Assembly: GCA_001600815.1 (NCBI GenBank)
Contig: BCKZ01000001.1
Span: forward strand, 974,613-1,038,612
Direction: 5' to 3'
DNA: 64,000 bases
From: Alloascoidea hylecoeti
Lineage: Eukaryota
Part shown: piece after piece, positions 45,830-58,157 of the stretch
Layout of the letters: the number at the start of each line of letters is the position of its first letter
Position numbering within the stretch: position 1 is the first letter of the stretch
Made by a program: the position numbers and the translations under genes
Notes under the pieces: model-generated
Seen by the model: only the letters and a program-made list of their open reading frames with translations
Told to the model about the DNA's origin: nothing
Databases searched by the model: none

Positions 45830-46948
45830 TCATTGTCTATCCTGAGGATATACTAATCCAGAATTTTTCCGAATTTCATCTAAGATTCTCATCTCAACAA
45901 CAGTTTCTTTTAAAGGCATTTTATCGCTCTCTAATTTTCCAGCTGAGATATTTTCAGCCATTGCATCTGCTTCAAAAATGAATCCTTTTATCTCATTATT
46001 ATTTTCACAAGGCATCATTGTCTTTTCAATAGTCTCTTTCTTTGCGTCTCTGAAAGTAATCTTATATGAATCAGGTCTAGCAGGGCATAAATCACTACTT
46101 AAATACATTGTTCCTTCAGTTCCTTCCAATCTTGCAAAATCATGTGGCATATCACTAAATAAACTATTTGTTAATATTCCTTGTTTTCCATCTTTAGTAG
46201 TATAAATAATACTGGAAATGAAATCGGCTCCATTTTCAACAGATAAAGAAGATACAAATGAATAATCATCTTTATTATAACCTTCATTATTAGATTGATC
46301 ATGTAATAACATTCTTGCGAAGCCTAGACAATAAACACCAACGTCTAAAAGCATCCCAGCACCTAATTCATTGTTAACAACTCTTGAATTTTTAGAAACT
46401 GTATTTAAATCAACAAAGTACGAAAAATCAACAAATAATCTTTTAGCATCACCAATAATTTTCTTCTGATGAATTAAAAATTGAATTTCTTTAACAATTG
46501 GTAAAAATCTTGTCCAAAATGCTTCCATTAAAAAAACATTATTTTTTTTACATGATTCAATCATTAAATCTGTTTCTTTTAAATTAATTGATATTGGCTT
46601 TTCACAAAGTATATGTTTACCATGATTAGATGCTAAAAGAACTTGATCTTTATGAAATGAATGTGGTAAAGCAATATAAACAGCTTCAACATTTAGATCT
46701 TCGTAAACTTCAAGATATGAACCATATGCTTTTGTTTCGAAATTAGGTAGAGAAGTTAATTTTTTTGTAATGCTCGTTTCAATGAATTTCTCCGCTTTTG
46801 ATAACTGTCTTGCGCCAACAGCAGAGATCTGATGAGTTACGGATTTATCATAAGAATCAGATCTCATATTAATAGATAGAACAAGATCATTTACAAAGAA
46901 ACCGGCTATTTGACCTGTTCCAATAATTCCCCAACGAATTGTACTCAT
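45830..46948 (-). CDS. Gfo/Idh/MocA oxidoreductase (dihydrodiol / D-xylose dehydrogenase-like)
   Basis: IRWGIIGTGQIA, GKHILCEKP, FLMEAFWTRFLP and GMLLDVGVY. Confidence 0.9.
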   Translation of the reverse strand: MSTIRWGIIGTGQIAGFFVNDLVLSINMRSDSYDKSVTHQISAVGARQLSKAEKFIETSITKKLTSLPNFETKAYGSYLEVYEDLNVEAVYIALPHSFHKDQVLLASNHGKHILCEKPISINLKETDLMIESCKKNNVFLMEAFWTRFLPIVKEIQFLIHQKKIIGDAKRLFVDFSYFVDLNTVSKNSRVVNNELGAGMLLDVGVYCLGFARMLLHDQSNNEGYNKDDYSFVSSLSVENGADFISSIIYTTKDGKQGILTNSLFSDMPHDFARLEGTEGTMYLSSDLCPARPDSYKITFRDAKKETIEKTMMPCENNNEIKGFIFEADAMAENISAGKLESDKMPLKETVVEMRILDEIRKNSGLVYPQDRQ

Positions 46949-47301
46949 GTTTATAGTAGTAGTATAAGTGATTATTTAGACAAGGGAAAGTAAAAAACTA
47001 TTTTTACACGTTAAAGTACCTTATTTTGCATAACTAACGGGATATCTGGGTAACCCACAACGAAGCAAACCAACACACTTTCTTCAAGACATCAAGATCA
47101 ACCCAGAAAAAATACAACGACTCCCAAAAATGCCTTTACAACTAAAGAACTCCAAAAGATAACTAACAGAAAGATGAATTCGGAATAATTCCTAGTATCT
47201 AAGGATGTACGGATGTTTTCCCCTTTTGTTTACTCGACTCACCACCTTTTTTTTCCTCATCACAACATCTTCAAACACCAAAACACCCTTACTGAGTAGG
47301 T

Positions 47302-47956
47302 ATGGCACGTCTCTCTCATACTCCAACAGTCCGAGGAAAAGGCAAGGGAAAGGGAAAGCACCCACGATCAAGGTTGGCTGCTACTGCAATTGAAAGCCCT
47401 GTCTCCACTCCTGCTTCCAAAAGATCGAAACAAAAGTCTTCTCTTGGTGGGAAAAAGATCGCGAATATTTTGCGTAATCAGCGTATGTATTGTAATTATT
47501 TTCTTTCTATAGTCATCAATCTCAATGTTATACCTATCCTTATCAATGTTCACAATTGATGCAAAATCCAATTTTAAACGTTTTTAAACTTACTAACGCG
47601 AGATTATATTAGCTGGAGATCCAGTTCCAGAAAGACGAAGACGTTACCATCCAGGAACAGTTGCGCTTCGGGAAATTCGTAAATTTCAAAAGTCTACTGA
47701 TCTTTTGATTTTAAAATTGCCATTTGCACGTCTTGTTAGAGAAGTTGCAAATGATTTCGTTAACACCGACGCGTCGAGTGGTCTTCGTTGGCAATCAGTT
47801 GCAATTTTAGCTTTACAAGAAGCAGCTGAAGCTTATCTTGTTGGATTATTCGAGGATACAAATCTATTAGCTTTGCATGCTAAACGTGTTACTATTATGC
47901 AAAAGGATATACAATTGGCTAGACGAATACGTGGTGCTTGGGGTGGTTTGGGTTAA
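47302..47956 (+). CDS. CSE4: Centromeric histone H3 (CENP-A); intron 47483-47612
   Basis: Histone fold [23 protein letters not shown], with a long loop 1 and LRWQS (CenH3 signature) and a non-H3 N-terminal tail. Confidence 0.93.
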
Positions 47957-48942
47957 TTGCTTTGATTTTTGTTGACCCGTATCAAATGAAACCCAAGTTA
48001 GATCTGTGTTAATGTTAATACATTTATGGTTTATATACCAATTCATTTGTATCCATTAGTGTTGCTCATATTTTTTTTTGTTGAAATATTATTGAAAATG
48101 CTAGTAGTTAGCTTGTACCTATCTGTACTTTGTATTCAGGTTTTTCTTTTATATCGTTATATAAAGCTGCTTTTTTTTTTAATATAGGTTTCTACTATTC
48201 AATTACTACAATCATTTGATGTGTTCGATATGTGACGCGTCACATACACGGGGTTGGATTATGGTAATATAAGAAAAATTTAAAGAATATATTTATTAAA
48301 CCTAATATTGAAATATACTTAACTGCAACTAAGGCCTGAATTTATGGTATACGATAAAACTGAATATTTAAAACTAATAAACTTAAGAAAAAGAATTGTT
48401 TCTAAACAGTTGAGTATTAAAATTAAAAATAATACAAATTAAAGTAAAATATAATTAATAGTAATAAGAGAATATACAAAGTATAAAAATATATATAATA
48501 AAATAAATAAATATAGAGTAAAGAATAAAAACAAAGATAAATACACCAAGGGTCCTCTCTGTAAATAAATAAAAACAATTAACTAGCTAAATAAACTGAA
48601 TTATAATGACATAATGAATCAACCATTTTACTATCATCATAAAGGATTTTAGATAATATAATAATAATGAAAAAAAAAAGTTTAAATCATACCATTTCAA
48701 TTTTCAAAGATAACAAAAACAGATATATTTATAAGTATATCCTAAAAACAGGATAGAAGTCAATTGATAATCAAAAGGATGATATTTATAATTATCATTT
48801 ATACATCCATTTGATTAAGTATAAAATCCCTGACTAACAAAACAAGTATGAACATCATTTTATATCATATAATTCAATTTTCAATAATGATAATTGCAAA
48901 TTAAAATCGAAAAAGTTTATTTATAAAGGTTTTTAAAATTGT

Positions 48943-51580
48943 TTACAATGGAACAAGATAATTACTTGGCGCTAAACCAACAGAACCTCTGCCCAAAACT
49001 TCAACTTCCCACCAACCATCTTCTTGACATCTCAAAACCAATAAAATATCTCTTTTTCTAAAACTAACTTCTTCTGGAATACCAGCTCTATAATCATATT
49101 GTGCTCTTGCATGATTGATAACAGTTCTACCATCTTTTGAAAACATTGGTAAATTCGATGTATTAATTGTTGATGACATTGTTGTTTGAGTTTGTGATGG
49201 ATTATAAGTTGATTGTAATGCAGTACTATTTGAATATTGTGAATTTGAAAAATCCATGGATTTTGTTCTACTTTGTGAATGTGCTGATCTTGGTCTTGAT
49301 CTTGTTGTTTGGTAACCTGTATCAGTACTAAATTGTGATGAATCAAATTGAGAACTCATATTTGTTCTTGACATATGTTTTCTTGGACTTGCACTTGATG
49401 ATCTCATTTGTTCTTGTTTTAATTGTTGTTGTTGATATAATAATCTTTGACGTTTTTGTTCTTCATATTGATGTTCTAATTGTGCTCTTCTTGGATCGTC
49501 ATAATATGAATGAGGGCGTCTATTTTGAGATAATGTAGCTGGATCTCTTGGTTGTGGTGTACTATATGAAGTATCAGTAGATTGTTCAAATCTTGAATCA
49601 TTCAATGTAGAAGCTGGAGGACCGGTATATTGCTTCCGTAATGGACTTGCAGATCTGTTATATTGTTGTTGTGGTCTTGATTCTGGTTTTTGTTGTGGTT
49701 GAGGACTAGCAGATCCAGCTCTTGCAGTAATAGTTGAACTTGAAGCAACTCTTGATGACATTGCTGATCCCATTGAATCTCTATTCCTAGGGTCACTCAG
49801 AGCTTGAGGAGCTGAAGGAATTCTTAAATCTTCAAGAGCGGCAACTAAAGGATCCGATAAGTCTGTATTTGATCTAGCAGATTTAAATGATGCTTCCGAA
49901 GCACTAAGATTAGAAGCAACACTTGCGTAAGGTTTAAAAAAAGGTCTTATTGGACTAGCACTATTCATTTTTTGTTTATTAGACGGTTTTAAAGTATTAT
50001 CATATGATGATGATGATGCAGCACTTGAAGCAGAAGATTGTAATGAATTTGAAGCTGAATCATCGCTACTTAAACTATGAGTACTATTCCAACCCCGATT
50101 TTTATCTCTAAGACTTCTTTTCCTAAATGGTGAACTCCAAGTTTTGATTGCTTTTTGTTGTTGAGTCTGTTGTTGTTGTTGTTGTTGTTGTTGTTGTGTA
50201 GAATTAAAAGATGAAACTGAACTTGTTAAATTAGATTCATTTTTAACATTTAATTTATCTTCATCATATGTACTATAACTTGAAACTGAATTTGGGTCTG
50301 AGGAAGTTGAACTTCCTAATTCATGATTGGTTGAAAATGACGCAGCTGATATTGTAGTTGGTGATGGATATGAAACAATTTCCTTTTTTGGGGAAATTAA
50401 TGGGACTGTATTTGGTATTGATGTTTGAGGTTCTTTTTTAATTGGAGATATTCTACCTGATTGTTGTAATTGTTGAACTTGAGATAATGGTGATTTTTCA
50501 ACTTTAACTTGTTGCTGTTGCTGTTGTTGATGGTATTGTTGGTTTGAATGTGAAGGATTTAGTTTTTCTTCTTCATTTTTAATTTTTGTTGATGTAATAG
50601 TCTCAGGTCTGAAAAAGTTAGCAACAGTATAAGTTCTTTTCTCTTCAACATTACCTTGTAGAAAATCAATAAAAGCTGGAGGTGAATATATATCATTACC
50701 AGTACCTTTTAATTTTATAAATTCATTTAAATCAGTTTTAATATCACAATTTTCTAAACTAATTCTAATATTTTCACAAGAAACATCATCAGAAACACAA
50801 CAAGTTGCAATAATATTTGAATATGACCAAATATTTGTACGTAAGAAGTTGATTCTAATTTCTTCTAAATCTTGAAATTTATCACAAGCTGAATGCCATT
50901 CAATATTCCAATGATCGATTGTTTCTGCTAAAAGTTTTAAATTATTTTGATAATCTCTTCTTGATATTGGTAATTGAGTTTTTAATTTTTCAATTTTAAA
51001 TTGATTTTTATCTAATTCTTTACCAAGTAATAAATTTGCTTGAGCATAATGACCATTTATTTTTTGACATTCTAATTCATATTTTTTTTTTGATTTTTCA
51101 ACATTATTATTTTGTAAATTTTTTAATTTTAATAGTTTTTCAATTTTTGTTGATAAATCTTTTCTTTGACTTTTTTGTTGTGATATAAAAATTTCTAAAT
51201 TTTTATTAATTTCTTGTTGTAATTGTTGTGAAGAATTTAGATGTGAATGACCAATTTGTTCTGTTTCAATTCTTAAAATATCAAAAGATTTACGTAAAGT
51301 TCCAATTTCATTCGATCCTAATGATTTTCTTGATAAATTTATCATTTTTTTGGAATATTCTTCTTCTATTGATAATCTTTCTTTATAGAATGCTCTTAAT
51401 TCATCGCATGTTTGTTTTGCTTCTTGCATTCGTTGTAATAAATTATAAGTACCTTGATCATCTTTACCCTACACGTAGATGAAACAACATGTTAGTCAGA
51501 TAATAAATAGGGGGTGGGGAGGTAAGTCAACATACCCAGAAGTGGTTTGCAAAAGCATAAGAAGATGCAACTTCCGTCAT
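48943..51580 (-). CDS. HOF1: F-BAR/SH3 cytokinesis protein (Hof1/Cdc15-like); intron 51535-51469
   Basis: The splice joins FANHFW|GKDDQG. F-BAR segment FYKERLSIEEEYSKK and a C-terminal SH3 (ARAQYDY...DGWW...PSNYL). Confidence 0.88.
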
Positions 51581-51866
51581 TTTGGATAAGTAATAAAATA
51601 ATAAGGTGGAAAGAAAGGAAAATAAAATAAAAAATTAATAAACAGAGAAGAAAATGAGGAGGAAAATAAAATGACAGTTTGTTTTGGGTTTTGTTTACTT
51701 TTTGCCATTTTCGTATAGAATTGATTTACTCACCTCCAAATTTTAAATTTTAATTTAGATTTGATCGATTTTATCTTCTCATAATAATTTTTAATGCTAT
51801 ATTTAATTCATATTTATTTATTTATTTATTGATTGTGGTTGTGACTAAATGCTTGATGTTGTTAAG

Positions 51867-52649
51867 TTAATCAGACGATACCTTCTTTCTTCTGTTTAAC
51901 GCGCCTCCATTCCCTTGAGATGATGTTCCAGACCCGGAACCGGTTCCAATAATATTTTCATTCACATCATCATCATTAGAAGTAGCAGCCTTCTTTTTGT
52001 TTAACTTTTCAACTAAGAAATCAAAACTTTTCCCCATATTCTTATATTGGGCAGTGACATCCCTGATTTGCATTTCAACATCCTTCAAATGACCTTGTAA
52101 TTTAACCAATTCTTGAGACTCATTAATCTGATTTTTAGCAGATTTTTTACCGTCAATTTCAAGATTAACTAATTGTAATTGATGTTTATTTAATTTAACA
52201 ATTATGAAAAAGGTAACCAATTCAACGAATCCTAAGAATAAAGTAAAACCGGTAAGATATAAATTTCTTTGAGCATATAAATTACTGACTTTAAAATCAT
52301 CTTTTAAATATACCTTATCATTGTCAGGTATCATCGGATCGTGTCTTTGTTGATATCTTTGATATTTTGCCTGATCATTTCTGAAAACTTTATTAGCAGA
52401 ATCCAAAAACAGCAAGAATATAATTGAACCGATTGCAGTTGATATTAATTGGACCTGGTTATTTGAAGTTAAGATTGTAACGATTTTGATCTGTTGTGAT
52501 CTAATTTTTGTAGAAATAGGGGAGATTAAAACCACGTAGGACACAATCTCAAAGATGAGAACTAGAAAGACCTAGATTCCATGGTTAGTCGTGTGGCATC
52601 CCCTGTCTGGCAGTGTGAATATACTTACTAGAGAGAAATAAATAGTCAT
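51867..52649 (-). CDS. BAP29/BAP31 (Yet) family ER membrane protein; intron 52628-52572
   Basis: The splice joins MTIYFSL|VFLVLIFE. Also LLFLDS and LYAQRNLYLTGFTLFL, then a coiled coil. Confidence 0.88.
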
Positions 52650-52997
52650 TTGGGCTAAAAAGTGTGTGGCAACTGACAAAGAAGATGAGAAGAAAGGAGG
52701 TTTGGAAGTAGATCCCATTATGTAATACCGTGCGCAGAGGTTAGTCATCCACCCATTACGTAATTATGACAGCTAATAGTCGGCCACTCCTGCATGGCCC
52801 ATGCCGGCCAATCAGAGGGTGCGTGCTGCGGCAGTCCCCTGATCCGTGGAGACTGCGTGACCTTGGCTGTGATTGGCGGAATCGCTTGTAATTATAATAA
52901 GGTTTCTTATATGCATTTGGTGCATTTGGTGCATTTCATGCAGCCACACGCATCTATATAATCCCCCCCAAATCTCTTTAAACTTCAACACCAAAAA

Positions 52998-54710
52998 ATG
53001 TCCTTTTTGAAATCTCGCATAGGAAGACCTTCCTCTCACACAAACGATGATTTGGAGAAAAAGGCAAAACAAACTCCTTTCACCGAGGATAGTGTCTCAA
53101 TATCCTCTTTACAGACCGCTGTTGATGAGCAGCTGAGCAGACGCAAACTGAAAAATCGTCACATCCAACTAATCGGGATTGGTGGTACTATTGGCACGGC
53201 TCTCTTCGTTGCAATTGGTACCGCTCTGTTAAAAGGTGGCCCAGGCTCTCTGTTTTTGGGTTTCGCGCTATGGTGTATACCAATACTATTCATTACTACT
53301 ACTGTCGCTGAAATGGTTTGCTATTTACCAATAAATTCTCCTTTTATTAGATTATCTGGTAGATGTTGTGAAGAAGCTGTTGAAGTTATGGCTGGTTGGA
53401 ATTTTTTCATATTAGAAGCTGTTTTAATACCTTTTGAAATAACTGCTGTCAATACAATTTTACACTTTTGGGTTACGGGTTATAGTCCTGCAATAACAAT
53501 ATCTATTCAGTTGGTTTTATACTTCTTAATTAATTATTTCACTGTTAGTTGGTATGGAGAGTCTGAATTTTGGTTGAGTTTAGGCAAAGTTATATTAGCT
53601 ACAGGTTTAATTATTTTCACTTTTATTGTTATGATTGGCGGTAATCCTCATCATGATAAATTCGGTTTTAGATATTGGAATGATCCTGGTGCTTTTAAAG
53701 AATATATTTCAACTGGTGATTGGGGTAGATTTTTAGGGTTTTTCGCTTGTATTATCCAAGCAAGTTATACAATTGCTGGCCCTGAATATGTTTCAATGAC
53801 TGCAGGTGAATGTGAAAATCCAACTGCAAATTTACCAAAAGCTTTTAAAGCGGTTTTTTATAGGTTAACTTTTTTTTTCGTTTTAGGTGCTTTGGCTGTT
53901 GGTATATTATGTCCAAGTAATGACGAAGAATTAACTGCTGCTTTTGATAATTCTTTACCTGGTGCTGCTGCTTCTCCTTATGTCGTTGCAATGACAAGAT
54001 TAGATATCAAAATTTTACCCCATATTGTTAATGGATTAATCTTAACTGCTTGTTTTTCTGCTGGAAATTCTTATACCTATTGTGCTTCAAGATCTTTATA
54101 TGGTTTGGCATTAGATGGTCATGCTCCAAAAATCTTAAGAAAACAAGTTCGTGGTGTACCCATTTATTGTGTTCTTATTGCTTTAGCATTTGGTTTATTA
54201 TCTTTTTTACAATTGAATAATTCTTCTGCTGTTGTTTTAAATTGGTTGGTTAATATGATTACTGCTTCACAATTAATTAATTATTGTGTTTTATGTACCA
54301 CCTATCTTTGTTTTTATCGCGCTTTAAAAGCACAGGGAATCGATAGAAAAACATTACCATTCCGTGGTTGGTTTCAACCATATTTGGCAATATTTTCGTT
54401 AATTTGTGTCTTTTGTATGACATGGTTAGCAGGTTATACTGTTTTTGTACCTGGAAATTGGGATGTTCAAACTTTTTTATTTTCATATATTATGATTTTT
54501 ATTGATATTTTTATTTATATCAGTTGGAAATTAATTAAAAGACCAAAATGGAAAAAACCTGCGGAAATTGATATAACAACTGGAAAAGAATTAATTGATG
54601 AGTATGAAAAAGCATATTTGAATTTACAAGAAACAATGGATTTAAATGGTGAAATTCATAAAAAGAAAAAACCAATATATGATAAAGTATTGGATTTCTT
54701 GTTTACTTGA
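52998..54710 (+). CDS. AGP2: APC-family amino acid permease, Agp2-like
   Basis: RHIQLIGIGGTIGT, YGESEFW, GFRYW, AGPEYVSMTAGE and AAASPYV, with about 12 hydrophobic segments. Confidence 0.8.
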   Translation: MSFLKSRIGRPSSHTNDDLEKKAKQTPFTEDSVSISSLQTAVDEQLSRRKLKNRHIQLIGIGGTIGTALFVAIGTALLKGGPGSLFLGFALWCIPILFITTTVAEMVCYLPINSPFIRLSGRCCEEAVEVMAGWNFFILEAVLIPFEITAVNTILHFWVTGYSPAITISIQLVLYFLINYFTVSWYGESEFWLSLGKVILATGLIIFTFIVMIGGNPHHDKFGFRYWNDPGAFKEYISTGDWGRFLGFFACIIQASYTIAGPEYVSMTAGECENPTANLPKAFKAVFYRLTFFFVLGALAVGILCPSNDEELTAAFDNSLPGAAASPYVVAMTRLDIKILPHIVNGLILTACFSAGNSYTYCASRSLYGLALDGHAPKILRKQVRGVPIYCVLIALAFGLLSFLQLNNSSAVVLNWLVNMITASQLINYCVLCTTYLCFYRALKAQGIDRKTLPFRGWFQPYLAIFSLICVFCMTWLAGYTVFVPGNWDVQTFLFSYIMIFIDIFIYISWKLIKRPKWKKPAEIDITTGKELIDEYEKAYLNLQETMDLNGEIHKKKKPIYDKVLDFLFT

Positions 54711-57700
54711 TTAATTAACTATAAAAGAAAGATTATAAAAAAAAATAATTCACTTGATGTAGCATGGAAATCATAAAAAATATTATTTTATTTGTTTTTG
54801 TTTGTTGTTTTTGTTATTTAAATCATTAATCATAAAGATGTTAAACTTTCAATCATATATCATAAATTTGTATATATCAACGTTTATAATTAATGAGATA
54901 TAATTGAAAAGTCAATTCTCGAATTAAAATTAAAATTTAGTGTATATTTCGCATCTGTCCCTTACAGATAATTTCAAAATTAGTTTGAAACCAATTGCAA
55001 TGAGATTCATGTGAAGCCTTTGCATATTTTTTCATTAAGAATTGCTAACTATAGAATTTAAAATGAATCCATTAATTTTTCATGATCGGCAGAAATACTT
55101 TGTGGGGAAAAAAATACCTTTAGAATCAGGGTAGATCCAGCTTGTTAGAATTACCTTCATTAGATTTTTTAAAGATATAATTTTCTGATAGTGAGTAAAA
55201 ACACCGAGTATATGTCGATTATTTTTCAGATTTGCATTGAAAGCTTATAACGTGTTAAACTATGCATGTTAGCTAGCCCTGAATCTAATGGCATATAATT
55301 ATTGATCATTGAAGGTCACTTAAAGCTATGACTCCTATGAGTAGTAATCAAAAGAATAAGATGAAATAAGATAATGAAGTATTAAAATCTTATTTCGAGG
55401 ATCATCATTTGATCTAAATTAATCTAATTATAATGATAGTAATAGTTTTCAATTCCAATATAACAAAAAGATGGTGCTGCATCTGTAATGATTCTGTAGG
55501 ATCATATGATTGGACATTTAATTCCCTATCGTTATAATTATGTAGATATTTTATACCGGTATAGTGTCATCACTGCCATATAATATTACTTATAGCCTAT
55601 AGTCCCTTATAGGCTACGCTAACTAAGGAGGACACAAATAAAGTTCATTAATCAAAATTGTAATACGTAATTAATTTAAAAATATGTTATACCTAGTGCA
55701 TGTGTGGGGTATAATTTTTCAGTTGATTTCGACATGCTTGCAACTTGCAACCGATTTTATCAGTTAAAGAATTTCTTTAAATTTAGAGTGACTCTCAAAA
55801 CAAAATACAACTTCGCCACTAACCATAACATGTTATGGAGCTAAAATTATCAAAAGTGCAAATCAATTACCAATAAGTATGATTAGCAGAATGTTGTTTT
55901 TATTCCAATTGTTTCTGATATTTTAATGATATCCTAAAAACAGCATGTTGTATTAAGGACCATGTTGAAGCAGATACGCCAAAAAGGCACACGACCTCTT
56001 GGTGAATCGGCAATTGCTCAAGAATATTGGACAATGGATCACATAATGTCTTAAATGTTACATTATTATAGCTACAATCTATGGATGATTTCTCACTAAA
56101 ATAGTTAGTTAGAAGTTGTAATTGGGAATCATATGTAAAGCTAAAAAGAAGAAAAACATTGATATAATTATATCTTATAGCTATAAATAATAGAAATAAT
56201 TAATTGATACAGTATGTCTTAAATTCAGTATATGAATGGGTAGTGTTTTGGCGCAATATGGAATTAATAATTCGATGTCAGGGAAATAAAATGATTTAAT
56301 TAAATTTCATCCTTTGTTCGAGTAACAATTGGTAGGGATGTGTATTTATTAACCTGACATAATTTTACATTGTTTTATCTTTGGTTAATATTATTGAATG
56401 TACCCTGGCATACGTCTGTATTTACTATTTATTCGTATTCATGAAGTCCATTGCAAGAGAGATTTTTCTAGTTTTAAACTGTTGTCTTGACGTGTTGTTT
56501 CGTAGGAACCTTTTTCGACAAAAATCAACGGGTTCCAAGATTTTCCGCCTTGTTTCTCTGCACTATTTCTTCGGTGACTGTTTCCTAAATCTGGCGAATA
56601 GAGAAGTCAGCATCGTTTTGCAAGTGTAAGTCATGTACATTTTAGTGAAGAGCCTCCGTTTTAGTTTGTAGTGCATATGCATATGAACACATACATAACT
56701 ATAAACTTTATAGTGTTTTGCTTTGCAATTGATATCGACATGTTGACCTATGTGTAAACTATTTGCCCACACTTTGAATTAAATATTAGGCCACATCAAT
56801 GATTTGGCCACAGCTAATATAACGAACATGCCGATTAAAATGGTCGGCCACCTATACTATAAAAGAAATACTTATTGATCATATATTTACAAGTCAATAC
56901 TTTTATTAACATACAATACAGATTTTATTCAAAGGTGATGCACATTAACACTTCACCGCTCATTTGAATTCGGTTGGTCCAAATTTAAAAGGGAAAACAG
57001 CACTCGGACAGGTTAACACTTTGAGTACACTATAACTTTGTTATTGGTGCTATTTATTTCCGGACATGGATCGGAGAAACAAAACAACGCAAACTTAACA
57101 ACGAACCAATCATTAATTAGTAACACATGTTAACTTTCTACGATCACAATTGCAATATGAATAAACTTTTCAATTTGTAAGAACGACTAGGGAATCGTAG
57201 AGATTGCAATTTGCAATTATATATGTACTAACGTCGTATATTTTTAGAATCCAAACTTCGAATTCGAATTCCAAAGTAAGTTTGAAATCTCAATCGGATT
57301 TTTAAAGAAGTAAATGGAACCCAATATACCGGTACTTTTCTTTTTATAAATTAATATTTCTTGTGGTGATAAATGAGTTATATTAATATTGTATCATATA
57401 CCGATATCTATATACATAATGATAATAATAATAATGAAGAAGAAGAATAATTGGTATAGGCCTATATGTAAGTTATAACTTTTATTTTCTAAAATATACT
57501 ATGTCCTGAGTTTTCAACCTACAAAATATAAATTTCTGTTAACGTTGTAATTTGGAATTTAATATAGTAAATTCAAATTCTTAATAAATTAAAACAAAAC
57601 CGAAAAAGATGGAGGATGGCTCTTATAATAAATGGTACCAAAAGGAACAATATTAGCGCTAACGCCGCTAGGTATTAAACAATGCAGTAAGAAGTGTAAA

Positions 57701-58157
57701 AAAAAAAAAAAGAGAAGTAGGAAACAAAGTAAAAGGAAATATTATTATAATACGGTTTCGTAAATCATAAGTTTATAGTTTTTTAATTTTTTTATTTAGT
57801 TTTTTTTTAGTTTTTTTTTAGTTTTTTTATAATCTTTTTTTTTAATTTTTTTAATTTTTAAGCTACCATATCAATCTTTAAACATAATATTATTCCTAAA
57901 CAATTTTGACAAAGAAAAATATTTGTATATATAAATTGTGGTACTCCAGTAAACGGAAATCATCACCATCACTAAGATGATTAAAAGACAACCATTAATT
58001 GTGATATCTATCAATTCCAACAGGACCTAATCAGCACACTTGTAATTGATGTTCTTCAGATAATAGAAACACAAAGAGATGAGTGATTAATGAGAAAAAA
58101 AGATTTTGTGTTCATTAATGTAGATATATGAGTTGTTATTGTTGGGTTATTTTTTCT

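Noticed and set aside
56381..56772. Short ORFs in the 54.7-58.1 kb intergenic region
   Set aside because: They have non-ATG starts and no recognisable motifs or splice structure.
57776..57862. (T6-9 A/AG) low-complexity run
   Set aside because: Simple-sequence 3' flank with no evidence of function.
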